A stretch of 64,000 nt of DNA from Lingula anatina. Lineage: Eukaryota; Animalia; Brachiopoda. Positions within the stretch are counted from its first letter, which is position 1, and every line of letters starts with the position of its first letter. A program made the position numbers and the translations under genes. Under the pieces are notes generated by a model, which was given only the letters and a program-made list of their open reading frames with translations, had not been told where the DNA came from and made no database searches. Location of the stretch: the NCBI GenBank assembly GCA_051362555.1, contig CM120643.1, positions 24,432,848 through 24,496,847 of the forward strand, written 5' to 3'. Below, piece by piece: positions 51,669-64,000 of the stretch.

Positions 51669-54600
51669 ATATCGACAAATTTCTAAGTACCACTGCCGAT
51701 AACTTTATTGTTACATTTATTATGGTAATAAGCATAATATGATATCATTATATGATAGTATGACATGAGCTAAATAAGTAAAAAAATGTTCACGCTGATA
51801 ACACATTTGGGCAGCAAGAGACAATGGCTGATCTGGGAGAGTGCACAGCAGGTATGTGTTCTTTCCTTCTCTTCTGAGGTACCCCCTGACCCTCTTCCCA
51901 AAATGAAAGAATAAGAAAAATTAACAAATGAAACAAGCAAATTTTCAATCCCTGTGCTCTTCATAATATGGTAAAGTTACATATGTCAACTGTCATATTT
52001 GCCGAGAAAAGAAGGCAATTGGTATCCTTGTGTCACCCCCCCCCCCGTCTCCTTTGTATATCAGGGATCCGTGACTACAATACAATACGTTAACGTGTCA
52101 GTGAATCACAATTCCGACATCTGGGCAGACCTGCCTATTATATTTATATTGTGAGCATATTCTACATAGGGGATTTATATGACAGTTGTGTGAATCATCA
52201 TCTGAAGATTGTCTGTCTATTGTTTTACCAAAGATGTTCATCAAAAATACAAACTATTTATTTTAGGTACAGATTACTTTTAAGATGGTTGTGTTATTAT
52301 GATATTTATTATTATGTTTTAATTAGAGAAAATTTATTTTTCTCTTGAAAACAGATTATATGAAAGACAAATTTGTTAAGTTTTAAATGATGAACGATAT
52401 TAGTGAAGGTTATCTGTTAAAATTTTATCTGCTTCACGACCTTTTTAACTTAGTGAAACATTTTTGAAATTGTTTCAAAGAGAAAGTGATAATGGACTTG
52501 ATTCTTATTTACTAAATTTGACTTAACTTAGAGTTTGCATATAGACATATTTATTTATAACTGAATTCTATATTTTTGTTGTGTTTCAAAAGTTTATTGT
52601 GCACTATACATTATATATTTATATACATAAAATGACTGTGACTAGATTTTTTTCCAGTGGCGGCATTTACCTCTCTGGGATATCTTTGATAATTTTTTGA
52701 CAAGGGTGCTCTTAAGGAAATGCCCACCTAGAAAAAAAGAAGCAGGGATGGGAATATTTATCATTTACTCTTTTTCTCTCTCTCAGAAAAAAAGGGAACA
52801 ACGCTTAAAATGTACATACCAATGGACATATGTATGAAACTTTTTTTCTTGCCAGTTGTCTTTATGCTCTTGGTTAATATCAATTCATGACAAATTAGTA
52901 ATTCAGTGATAGGCTCTCAAAAGATGCACTGTTTGTTAATATCAAAGTGTGAAATCTATTTGAAGATTTATTTGAAGAAGGAAAAGAAAACTTTCAAATA
53001 TCATTCCTTTTAGACAGTATTTAAAAGAGACTGCTACATAAATATGTGCGGCTATTGCCTAACCTTGACTAAAAAATTGTGGATAGTATTTGTAGATCTA
53101 TATAAGTATTTATGCATATCAAAAGGTGCAGATTCCATTATATACTTATTATATATATTAAAAGCAGAGGGTTTTCTCTACTTTGTGTTTAGTTATAATT
53201 ATTTCTTAACTTTATTTACAGTTGTTGTTATGTCACAATGTAAACAATTATATCGTATGTATTAGGGGTAGGTAGCACAACTGTTTAGAAAACAGTGAAA
53301 TACAAAATATATTGCATTTTGTTGATACATTCAAGTGAATTTTTAAATCTTGCAAACTTTGTAAATATATTTAAGTAGAAGATTAAGAATCAAGAGACCA
53401 TAATGAGGAAAGTTAAACTATGTATAATTAACGAAGAAAACTACTGTACTCCAGCAAACGCGTTCTTGGCAATTATCTATCTTCAACATTCTCTCAAGGG
53501 TTTACACACTGGTTTGATATTTAAAGCAGCAAAAGGAAATAAAATTGCTTTCACCGAGTTTGAATATTTTGTTGATTTAAACTTTTTAAAATGTGACATG
53601 TAATAAATCAGAAATTTACATTAAAGGGTAAACCGTGATACCTTCCTTTATCAGTTGATATCTTGTATTATAATAATTTGATATAATTTGAAGACTTCTT
53701 AACGCACACGTGTATGGGGGGGGGGGGGGGGCAAAACAACTAAAGCTTATGGGATTTTGGTCCCCAGTGCATTTGTTCCCGATTAAGCTGAAGCATTTTA
53801 AAGCCAGCTCACTGTCTCACTGTCAGCACCCAAGCAAAGCGGTGGAGAGAGCCCGTATAAATAAAGATTGATCAATGCACATTCATTGCCGTTAAATGTG
53901 GCGCAGAGAAAAATGATGTAATGAAATTAGGGGTGACATTTTTAGCATCAGGATATGCCAAATGATATGATTTACAATAGCGCAGGTGCTGAGGTATTGC
54001 ATTTGCTTGTGAAAAAAAGATAATTTAGAGCGTTTCTTAAAGACAGCGTAGCAGACAAGCCCTTTTCTTGCACCTGTTCCCTTATTTGTGTCACCCCACC
54101 TCTCTATTACGAAACGCCAGAGGTCCAGAAAATCCATTTGGATTCATCATTTTGGCAATTAAGATAAATACCGCGGGCACAATTACAACACTGCGTTCAT
54201 ATAATACAAAACTGAAACGTATGAAAGGAAAATAAGAAAAAATTACTGAGCATTATACTTACGCTATTCGTTACTAATAAACATCAATCTGCTTACATTA
54301 CAACTGCTCCTTATAACATTTATTATGACGATATCTCAAAAGAAATTGAGGTGTCATATTCATCCACAATACCCCGTCTGTCAACGAGGGCAATGCAAGC
54401 TTATAAATATCACTCTTATATTTCACCTCACTTTATATTAATTGAACGTATTTCAGGACATAAAACCAAGTTTTTTTTTCGTCTAGATAATTGTTTAAAT
54501 TATCCATTTTAACAACAATATAATGTACATATCCGTTGCCTGTGTTAATTTTGTACCTGTAATATCTGATTTTGAAATATGAAGCAAAAAATGTCACTGA

Positions 54601-54795
54601 TTGAAGATGAATTACATTTTTATATGAGTTTGTCCTTTATACAATGACCTGGGAATTAGTTATATGAAACTTTATCATTACAACTATCCCACTGAACAAA
54701 ATTGAAGAATTTAATGAAAAATCAAAGTCTAGCAAAGTTTTGTTATTTGACTTTCCAGATTTTTTCTACTTAACTAAATGCCTTTATTGATAAAC

Positions 54796-54863
<68 letters not shown>

Positions 54864-56862
54864 TGTGAACAGAACATGATGTATATATGTATATATGTAT
54901 ATATATATATAGCTACTGTGGGCCTGAGGCCTAGAATTCCTAAATGAATATAAATACCATAAGCAAAACTATTCAGCACTATGGAAGCGTTCAGATAAAC
55001 CCATCGTACTGGCTGGATCGTTTTTAAAGATCTAATCAATGTAATTTGCTCATTTGTCTGACATGCCTCCTAGACCAGCAATTAATAGGTAATTAATAGT
55101 AATTAATACTAAGTTAATAGTTAACCAAACGCAAATTTGCAGTCACCCTGCTTAGTATAGACTGTTCTCCCGCATCGCTTGATATGATATGATATACATT
55201 CTCTAATCTTTTTAGATATCGTAACACAGGTAAAAGTGAGCTCTTTATATACCGACATATGCAGACAAGAACATTTCCAAGTTGCGAAAAAAAAGCACCC
55301 GTCATTTTAAAATTAAGGATAACAATAATGACAAATACACAATTGTAATTAAAATACTGCTGTAATCTTGCACTGAACAGGCTCATATAAAAAGCTGTTA
55401 TGCGGGTTTTAAAATGAATACACTGTACCGTTAAAGGGTTTGCGACAGACCGTCTGAAAGGCTTGAACGGGGCATATTCTTTAGAAAGCATACCCACCTA
55501 ATGGTAAATGTATCCAAATGCTCAAATTAGAATCTCATTTAGTAAATTTCGAGCCTAAGAAACGCCTCTTTAAAAGTCTATTCGCTGGGTCTAGGAGTTA
55601 TCGAGCTAAAAGGTCACGTGGTCCGTTGACGACATACAAGCCACCAGAGGAGAGCCAGCTTGTTCAGCTGTCAACTGAGCTGCCATTCTCTACCTGTAAG
55701 ATGACTTTTCAAACTCCTGATAACAGTTCATACCCATTGACTTCGCTTTCCCGTGGGGTTTAAATCCTTGTGAAGCCATTTGAATCCAATTCCTGTCTAT
55801 TAATTTTATTAACACGCATTTAAATACAGCTATCCCAATTAGTATAAAATACTGCAGTCGATTGACTTGACTGTATTTTAATCATTCGATATCTGGGATG
55901 GAAGACATAGTCATTGAACTCAAATTTCCCCATACCAGTTTAAATCAATGGTACAATATTCATTGGACTCCACAGTTTCTGAAAGTCACGTCGACAGTCA
56001 CCATTACTGTCCAAGCACTCTAAGCCATTTTAGGGCCAATCTGAAAAATAATTGCAACAGTTTTTATTCAATACATTGCTTTCCTGTGAAGTCCCCGAAA
56101 TGACATACTAAAAGTCCTGAGGAATCGTACCATGAGAAATGTGAAAAAATCAAGATGTCCGCCAATGCCATAGGAATAAATGGATGGCAGGCGAATCAAC
56201 TACAGCCAGCGGATATAGTGCCCTTAATCAAATTTAGATTTAGATTTTCTCGGTGTTTTCCATGTCTTCAATACCCCAATATGTTTTTTTTTTTTTTGTT
56301 GTTGTTGTTGTTGTTTTTTTTTTCTTATTTTTTTTGTCCATTCCACATTTTCTCCACTGCGAGAGAGATACAGAAATAAAGGTTATTTTGTTTCTCAGTG
56401 TTTTTCACATATAACCCCCCATTACACATGTATATATTAGGTGTGTTACAATTAAGTGGGAATGATTGGGCATTTTTTGATAATTTAAGAAGGCCTTCAT
56501 TTGCCATAAGAATACTATACTGGCAAAAAAGGCAAGTTTTTGTTCAGACCATAGTGCTTCAAAATGACCAAAATTGCATGTTAGTCTGATCATTTTATTC
56601 AGTGACAAAAAATATCAGTCTGGCAGTGGAGTACATGCAGATTAATTCGCTTGAGTGGTTTCAGACAATGACTTGTTTTAGATTTTCAGACATTTCGTCT
56701 GAACACAAATTGGGACAAAATTCTTGCAGGAATCAATTGTTTACAACCAACGCTAGTGGACACGATAATCAGAAAATCATTTTTAGGGGATTGAATTCCG
56801 ATGTTAGCATCGTGAGACAGCTGTCTGATCTGGACAGAGGATCGTGTCATTGCCTTTGTCGC

Positions 56863-57337
56863 AGTGTTATGGTTTGGGCGGTATAAATGGCAATTTCCAA
56901 ACAGAACTCATGGTCACTGGAGCACGTGATTGCAGTGATATGTGGCAACCTGACTGCATGGCCAGAAGTACAGAGATGAAGTCCTTAAGGAAGTTGTTGT
57001 ACCATTCACGCATCAACACCCAACCCAAAGCTTGCTCCAGCAGGACAACGTCTGTCCCCATTTTGCCAGGATAGCATGGCGTATCTGCAGCAGGAGCAGA
57101 TCCAGACTCTTTCGTGGCCAGCGTTTAGACCAGATATGTCTCCCACTGAACAAGCCTTGGATGAACTGGACAGACGACTTATTTGCCAGCCACAGCCTAT
57201 GAGTACCACCGTCATAGAATGAGAGAATGGAGGATGCCCAAGGCCGCATTCAAGGTCTCGTACATGTACAGTCCATGCTGTTGAAATAGATAGTACTGAC
57301 CTGTATTGCAGCCTATAGAGGGCACACATGTTACTGA
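56863..57337 (+). pseudogene. Tc1-family transposase relic (DDE C-terminal half, frameshifted)
   Basis: Pieces SVMVW, KYRDEVLKEVVVPF, LLQQDNVCPH, SWPAFRPDMSPTEQALDELDRR and GHTCY* correspond to Tc1 SVMVWG / QQDNARPH / WPAxSPDLxPIE / GGHTRY*. Confidence 0.88.
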
Positions 57338-57500
57338 ACATTATACTACTATTTTTGCAACACTATTGCATGAAAAAGTATATTAAAACCACAGACGTAA
57401 AAAAACTTTCATCTATTTATTATTCTATTTATTCATCATTATATATATATATATACACAATTAAAATTAATAAATAAATAAATAAACAAAAGACATGCAA

Positions 57501-57561
57501 AAACCCCGACTCCGAGTTTCACGGGCATACCCAGAAGGTATGCCCGATCGTCAGGAGGTTT
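57501..57561 (-). ncRNA. Minimal type I hammerhead ribozyme in the Penelope 3' pLTR
   Basis: Exact reverse complement of 58093-58153; same sense as, and downstream of, the GIY-YIG ORF. Confidence 0.85.
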
Positions 57562-57631
57562 ATTTGAAAATGGTTATATTAGCCGTTTTACATACACTGC
57601 GTGACGACACTTACGTCGCACGCCGTGTTAG

Positions 57632-57997
57632 TTACGTCACTTTATGCCGACACATGGTAATTATCTCAGTTCTTTTATTCAGAGTATCTGGTCTTATCAT
57701 TATCAACAGTTTTTCGTCTAAGCAAAGATTGCATAGGTGCTGATTTCTCCTTTGCGGCGTTGATTTCTTTATGATGTCCCATCTAATGTCATACTGGGTT
57801 TTATTTTCTGTTAATTTCCAAATGTATTTGGATAACTCAGTATCTGCAGCATATTTCTTGTCTCTAAATGACTTGGTGTGATTATTGTATCTCAACTTAA
57901 ATTGGCCACCACAAAGACCTATATATTTCATGCATTTGTCCTTAGTAGTGACTGATGCTTGGTACACAATGTTGCTAGACAAGCATTCCCCTCTTAA
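57632..57997 (-). pseudogene. GIY-YIG endonuclease domain of a Penelope-like element (reverse transcriptase absent)
   Basis: LRGECLSSNIVYQA...YIGLCGGQFKLRYNNHTKSF...TELSKYIWKL...CNLCLDEKLLI...LNKRTEIITMCRHK; open, with no stops. Confidence 0.92.
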
Positions 57998-58092
57998 GTA
58001 AGTAAGTGTCCTTTGTCTTATCAGTTTTTATACCGGTATGGCAATGTATGTACGCAGTGTATGTAAAACGGCTAATATAACCATTTTCAAAT

Positions 58093-58153
58093 AAACCTCC
58101 TGACGATCGGGCATACCTTCTGGGTATGCCCGTGAAACTCGGAGTCGGGGTTT
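58093..58153 (+). ncRNA. Minimal type I hammerhead ribozyme in the inverted pLTR
   Basis: Stem I AAACCTC/GGGGTTT; core CTGACGA (58100-58106); stem II CGGGCATACC/GGTATGCCCG; GAAA (58134-58137); stem III CTC-G-GAG; GTC cleavage triplet ending at 58146. Confidence 0.85.
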
Positions 58154-58245
58154 TTGCATGTCTTTTGTTTGTTTAGTTATTTATTAATTTTAATTGTGTA
58201 CAAATGCTCCGTACTGTTGAGCACTCTTTTCAACATTCAAGCTTG

Positions 58246-58333
<88 letters not shown>

Positions 58334-58337
<4 letters not shown>

Positions 58338-58608
58338 AAAAAAAGAACAGCAACTTTTTTTGCCCCGACCGGATGTGACGTCTGTAACAACCCAAACAGA
58401 AAGGGAAATGAAAGAAAATCTATTCATTAATAAGTATAAACCTACATTGAATAGATAAAAGCATTGGTAAAAGTAACAATTAAACACCCATTGTTACAGA
58501 CGTCACATTTTAGCCTTTATGACATCACCTAGTAACAAATAAACAAAACCCCCTGAAGAAAGAAAGAAACCGGTCGGGGCAAAAAAAGTTGCTGTTCTTT
58601 TTTTTCTT
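58334..58608. mobile_element. Nested inverted-repeat (foldback) element between (TA)n tracts
   Basis: Outer arms AAAGAACAGCAACTTTTTTTGCCCCGACCGG (to 58372) and CCGGTCGGGGCAAAAAAAGTTGCTGTTCTTT (from 58570); inner arms ATGTGACGTCTGTAACAA/TTGTTACAGACGTCACAT. Confidence 0.7.
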
Positions 58609-58640
58609 TTTAAATACTCGTACAGGAAAAACGCTTTTAC

Positions 58641-58728
<88 letters not shown>

Positions 58729-58747
58729 CTAGTACACGGGACTTCCA

Positions 58748-60203
58748 TAACTGCCAGGGAAATGTGATGCTTATTATCAAATTAAGCTTAATTTTCAGTG
58801 TTTTTCTCAACTTTATTACCACTATGATATATGTTTATTGGCTGACAAGTGTGTATCCTTGCGTATTTTGAGAAAATCCAAAATGGATGACATTTGCTAT
58901 ATCAATGCCGATTCAATTGGGTTTCAATTGTATACTGCCAGAGAAACATATAGAGTCAATAATGATAAAATATAATTAAATTCAGTTTGTTTCTAATTTA
59001 GCAATGATGGATGACAAGTGTGTATCCTGGGACATTTCGAGAAAATCCAAGATGGCCATTATTTGCCGTAGGAATACAAATTTACCGAGTTTCAGTACTA
59101 CCAGAGAAACGTACGGTTCGTAATAAAATAAAAATTAAATTTAGTTTCTTTTTCAGCGTTTGTCTCATCCCTATAGCTCCTGTCATAAATGCCAAGCGGT
59201 TACATGTATCCTTGTGCACTATGAGAAAGAGGGAGATGGCTGCCGATTGCCATACCGGTAAAAATACTGATAAGACAAGAGTTTAATTTCAGCCATAGAT
59301 ATATATATATAAATTAAAATTCGCAAGTAACGGAAATTGGATTGCTATTCGGGTAAAGTGTATAAAGTGTAAGATAACAGTATAGTTTCTGAAATAGAGT
59401 TGCTAAAAATTCTATTTTTTGTTGTTAAAATGAGAGAGAACAGATTGGTAAAAACTCTTTAAAAACCTTTTAAATCCACAGATCTTTTAAAACTTAAAAG
59501 TCTAAATTTATTCGGTAAAAAATTTAAAAGACTGTGCAGGATGGGTACAGTCAGGCATATTTTTTTCCTGTTTTTGCTTCTAATCTTTCTGTATAAATGG
59601 CACGGATGGAGTGGACATCGAGACCAATGATTTTGCTACATGTACAATTGCCACCTCATCTCAACGCTTGCGGTCTTCTTCAGTGGCACGTCCATACCAT
59701 ACTGTGATTGCAAATTTGAAAAGACTGTAAAAGTTCGATAAAATATATTCATTTGATGTAAAACCCTTCAACTTTCTTAAAAAGTATACCCTTTGACTTG
59801 CCTTTTTAACTGTTATGTGTGTGGTTCTTTCATGTCAGTAAGCTGTTGAATACCACCCCCAGCAGTGTAAAATCGGAAACTTGCATTGCTTTACTGCAGT
59901 TCCACTGATGTGGGCTCTTTTACATTTATATTCTTTCCTTAACCTGATTCTAGAGTTTAATTACCCCCAGAGAAACATATGGCGAATTAAAATTAAGTTT
60001 GTTTCTCATTGTTACATTACCACTATGATACATGTATGTACATCTGCAGGTGAATAACAAGTGTGACCTTCAGTATTTGAGAAAAAATTAAGATGGCTGC
60101 TATTGATTAGAGAAATATTACATGTGGCACTAAGGTTTCAGTTACTGCCAGACATAGTAATGAAGGTAACTTTGGCTCATTTTCTAGTTCTTTTATTATT
60201 TCC

Positions 60204-60250
<47 letters not shown>

Positions 60251-60880
60251 GGAAAATAGTGTTTTTATTTTTTAGAAAATTCAAGAAATACTAGTACCCC
60301 AGTACCTTGCATTTCAGTAACTGCCAGGGAGATGCATGTTCATTATCAAATTAGGTTTGTTTGTGAGTGTTCCTTACATCTATAATATCACCATGATAAA
60401 CATCTCCTGTGTATTGAGCGTATACGCCTGAGATTTTATGTAAAAACTGCATGGTGACTGCCATTTGCATTGAAAAAACTAGTAAATCACCTTTACTAGT
60501 ATTCCTAAATCACATGACGTCCATTTTGGCTTTTCTCATAATGCTAAGGATATTCACGTGTTACATATTAGATGTATATCATAGCCTCATAGGGATAATA
60601 GAAATACAATAAACACTGAGAAACTGACTAAAGCTAACTTAAATTCATATAATAAAGAACTCTTTGGCTCTCTGGCAGTAATTGAAACCCATGTACTGGT
60701 ATCCCTGAGGGAAGTGGTGGCCATCTTGGAATTCCTTAAAATATCCAAGATAACATGCTTCTTCTCCACCATATGAATATTATATGGGTATTTAGGTTGT
60801 GATAAAACTGAGAAAAAAACTTACTTTTACTTAATTTCAAAAAGGATTTTGCATCTCCCTGCAGTTGTTGAAACCCATGT
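58748..60880. repeat. Highly diverged satellite-like repeat of about 170-190 bp
   Basis: Recurring blocks ACTGCCAG(G/A)GAAA, ACAAGTGTGTATCCT and GAGAAAATCCAAGATGGC near 58850, 59015, 59200, 60060 and 60320, and inverted near 60680-60730. Confidence 0.55.
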
Positions 60881-61662
60881 AGTGTTCCTACGATTGAGTC
60901 ATTTCTGATTGCATTAGAAGGGTCAAGTTCTAAAAGAACAAATTCTTTAGATAAACAAAAGTTTATTAACGCAATGTTATTTATGCACAGTGTTACAATG
61001 AATTATCTGTGTACAGATTTGAGTAAGAATCGCCAAAATAAAGAACAAAACATCATTTGTTTAGGGTTTCACCTGAAAGGTGTCATATCATCCACTTACA
61101 AAAAATTTTTTCTTGAACCACAATAATTTATTCCAAATATGTCAAAAAAGATAGCCTGGGCAATTTTAAATATCAATTTTCATTTACTGCAAAAATAATA
61201 ATAATTTTTTTTTAAATGTTTGATTTTAAAAGAATCAATCAGAAGAAATAAATAATGTACAGATTTCAAACAAGCTGAACTACTGCAGAATAATGAAGTA
61301 TATAAAAACACATTGTTCATACATTGTGTCAATATTCACTCTGTATGCTTTATATTACAGGTCAGAAACAGAGACAATGTAACATGTAGTTGCAAGCATG
61401 TTTATATGTATGTGTGAACTTCAAACCTAGCTACAAGTGTGTATTTTTGACACCTAGACAAAAATTGATCTAGGTGATAAACAATGCATGCCGTTGACAC
61501 ATCTGGCACATCCTAATTACAAAGTTATCTGAGGGATTATTGACAAAGTACATGTAAATTTACATAAATATCTCTGTGCACAATACGATGTGCTTTTTCG
61601 TCCATCTTTTTTTTTTCAGCGTGTTAAGAGATGTCAGAGATGAAATGTCCGAATTCCTCTTC

Positions 61663-61709
61663 TTATGCATCCGATGGCGCCTGGACACAAATGAGATGAT
61701 AGTCCTTGT
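61663..61709 (-). CDS. DYNLRB: Dynein light chain roadblock, last coding exon
   Basis: Minus-strand TTTATTTCAG acceptor; (D)KDYHLICVQAPSDA* matches the roadblock C-terminus DKDYFLIVIQNPTE; minus-strand AATAAA at 61127-61132 and 60962-60967. Confidence 0.92.
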
Positions 61710-62279
61710 CTGAAATAAAGAAAAATAAAAACTGAATAAATATTAAATACTTAACCTTACAAATTAAAATGAGCTGGTATTTGTTGGCAAGAGATTCCCC
61801 CACCCCCCACCCCCCGCCATATCATTTCCTCATTTCTTCATTCTTAGTATTATTAAGGACAAAAATACTGGTATCTGGGATCTGAAAATCCATTTAATTA
61901 ATCTGGTCATCTGTTGCCACTGTTATGCAAGTGCTTGACTTCCTAATGCAAGATTAACAATTTGTTTGAATATCATATCTAATGGATAGTGAGTTGTTCT
62001 ACAGAAATTCACAATGAATACAAATGGCAGTATAGACAATTCACAGAATAACTTGAGATAAAATCACCAGTATATCCACTATATCATCACGGCCATAGGA
62101 GTCATACATTCAACAGTACTATGTATAAAACTTGAAGAAAAAAAATCGCAATCATATCACATTAACTACAACAAACAATGCTTAAAAAAGTTCTTTAAAA
62201 ATTGCTTGAAAAAACCCAAAAATAAAAACATGTCTAGTGTGTATTAGTTTGTGTGCCAAAGGGAAGAAATTGCAACTGC

Positions 62280-62336
<57 letters not shown>

Positions 62337-63191
62337 CAGCACGCATTTTACAGAGGAAGGAGTACAGCATGTATGCTCATGAGACAAAAATTAGCTACTG
62401 ATAACTTGTCTGAGTCATCTTCAAACATTTTGAATAAAGATGAAATTTCTAGAGTTCAGGCTTTCATATCAACATTTGTAGCACACTACTATAAAATTCA
62501 AGCACATCTGACTTGATTCATAATAAATGACCTATATAAACTAAATTGTAATACATTTCCTCTCTAAGTTATCTATTATACAAAAGGTTATGGCTACACA
62601 GTGGCAACATTTAAGAATTTCTATCTAAAATAAAGGGTTCAAAAATAATATTTTGGACTCCCAAAAAGTTGGAAATCTGCTGACAGTCTGAAAAATCTTG
62701 GCCAAAATGAACAGTTATAATCCCTTCAAGTAAGAAAAAGAATCAGCTTTTGAAAGACTATGTTAATATGATATTTATAATTGAGGGCTAAGCCAACCAG
62801 TTGCCCAGCAGTCATTATGACAGGATATTTGAGCAGTGGACAGCATAACTTATGGTTAGACGGCTTGTTAAAATTTGTATGACTGAACACTTGTTGAAAT
62901 TCACCCTCAACCCACATCCCTCTTTAAAAATCATTGAAAAAAGTGAACCTAACAAAATCTACTTATCTGACATAAAATGCTCTTAAAGAGCTTTTGAAAA
63001 AAAATTATGAGCTGGCCAGAGAAAGAAGTTGTCACAGTCCATTTTCTGTGCATATTTCACCTAAGAGCCATCACCAAGGACTGTCGCCAACAGAAAGCTG
63101 CTTCCCACATGATACTGCACGACAGCAAGAAAGGTCTTCATTAAATTTGCAAAACTAAAGCAACAGATTCTGACGCCAATTCAATACGTAC

Positions 63192-63359
63192 CCGGTGCCA
63201 CCATAATCTCGTGTTTCTTAGATCTAATCCTTACAAAAGACAGATCATTTGCTGGATCTAGGTCTCTGACAGTATGCCTTGCCTTTCCACATAACGAGGT
63301 AACCAATGTGGCATACTGGACAGTGGTGGAGTTATCAAGTGTGCTCCTGATTGGGATAC
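63192..63359 (-). CDS. DYNLRB: Dynein light chain roadblock, internal 168-nt exon (upstream exons outside the window)
   Basis: [56 protein letters not shown]; CTAG acceptor, GTACGT donor, phase 1/1. Confidence 0.96.
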
Positions 63360-64000
63360 CTAGAGAATATGAAATAAATAAATAAAAAAGCAAAAAAGCA
63401 AAAATTCTTCAAAAATATTTCTTCAGCCAATGGCCATATAAGCTGACAGGACTGAGCATAGTTCATCTGTATTCTGAGTGGACCAGCTGAAGTCTCAGAG
63501 AAGGAGACGCAGCAGTCAACTAGACTAATATGAAAGTCCAGTAGTAGATTTGAATAGTTTATTCCATTATTGCTCATTACCATTTGTAGTCCAAATGAAT
63601 GTGACAGTTGTTCCTGTCATTATGAGAAATGTGATAGTTGTTCAACTTTATCTTCACTTATTATGCCAATTGTGATAGTTGTCCCTGTTCACTTATTATG
63701 CCAATTGTGATAACATGTAGCGGTCCCTTACTACTCTGTTTATTAATGAGAGAAATTACACCAGAGCTCTATAATATATAGTTATATAATAAAACGTAGA
63801 AAAATGTGAGGTCCACGTGCTAAGAAGGGCACTTGAAGTGTAATATAATGATAAAGAAATTTAAGGTTTTCTTTCAATTCTACTGGTAATCAGCCTCATT
63901 CACTCTTACATGTATTTCAGTGCTTTAACTCAATGTTTTGATTTTTGAACTGTTATGTCCTGACTCTTTTTTTTTGTTTTGAGAATTGAGATACTAGTAA

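Larger units (their letters stand above)
57454..58200 (-). mobile_element. 5'-truncated Penelope-like retroelement with inverted pseudo-LTR
   Basis: 149-bp arms 57454-57602 and 58052-58200 are reverse complements (2 mismatches seen) and enclose a GIY-YIG fragment; (TA)n tracts lie on both sides. Confidence 0.92.

Noticed and set aside
51822-52077. Degenerate CAGTGGCGGATC-type hAT MITE (similar at about 43538-43814)
   Set aside because: Termini too decayed and no TSD; boundaries cannot be supported.
55431-55763. TTAA-AGGG start resembling a Kolobok end
   Set aside because: No matching opposite TIR found.

Overview
Eukaryotic, AT-rich, intron-containing genomic DNA from an invertebrate animal (U2 carries the invertebrate-type GAUCAAAGUGUAGUA; species cannot be determined). 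Contents in order: (1) 1-4736, the end of a U2 snRNA tandem array built as a 1676-bp higher-order dimer, in which a 1002-bp U2-bearing unit alternates with a 674-bp unit lacking the U2 gene and its proximal promoter, followed by a decayed U2 fragment. (2) 6065-39641 (+), a 7-exon gene that I spliced by hand to a 411-aa signal peptide-CUB-LDLa-TM receptor (MIG-13/CULD-like architecture), with introns full of MITEs. (3) 50664-51668 (+), an intronless NAD-dependent epimerase/dehydratase resembling bacterial GDP-heptose dehydrogenase (WcaG/Cj1427 type), with an apparent host-type promoter and 5'UTR intron; a candidate horizontal acquisition. (4) 56.8-58.6 kb, a transposon cluster with a Tc1 relic and a Penelope-like GIY-YIG fragment whose inverted LTR arms each carry a minimal hammerhead ribozyme. 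(5) The last two coding exons of dynein light chain roadblock (-). Most short ORFs in the supplied track are artefacts of repeats.
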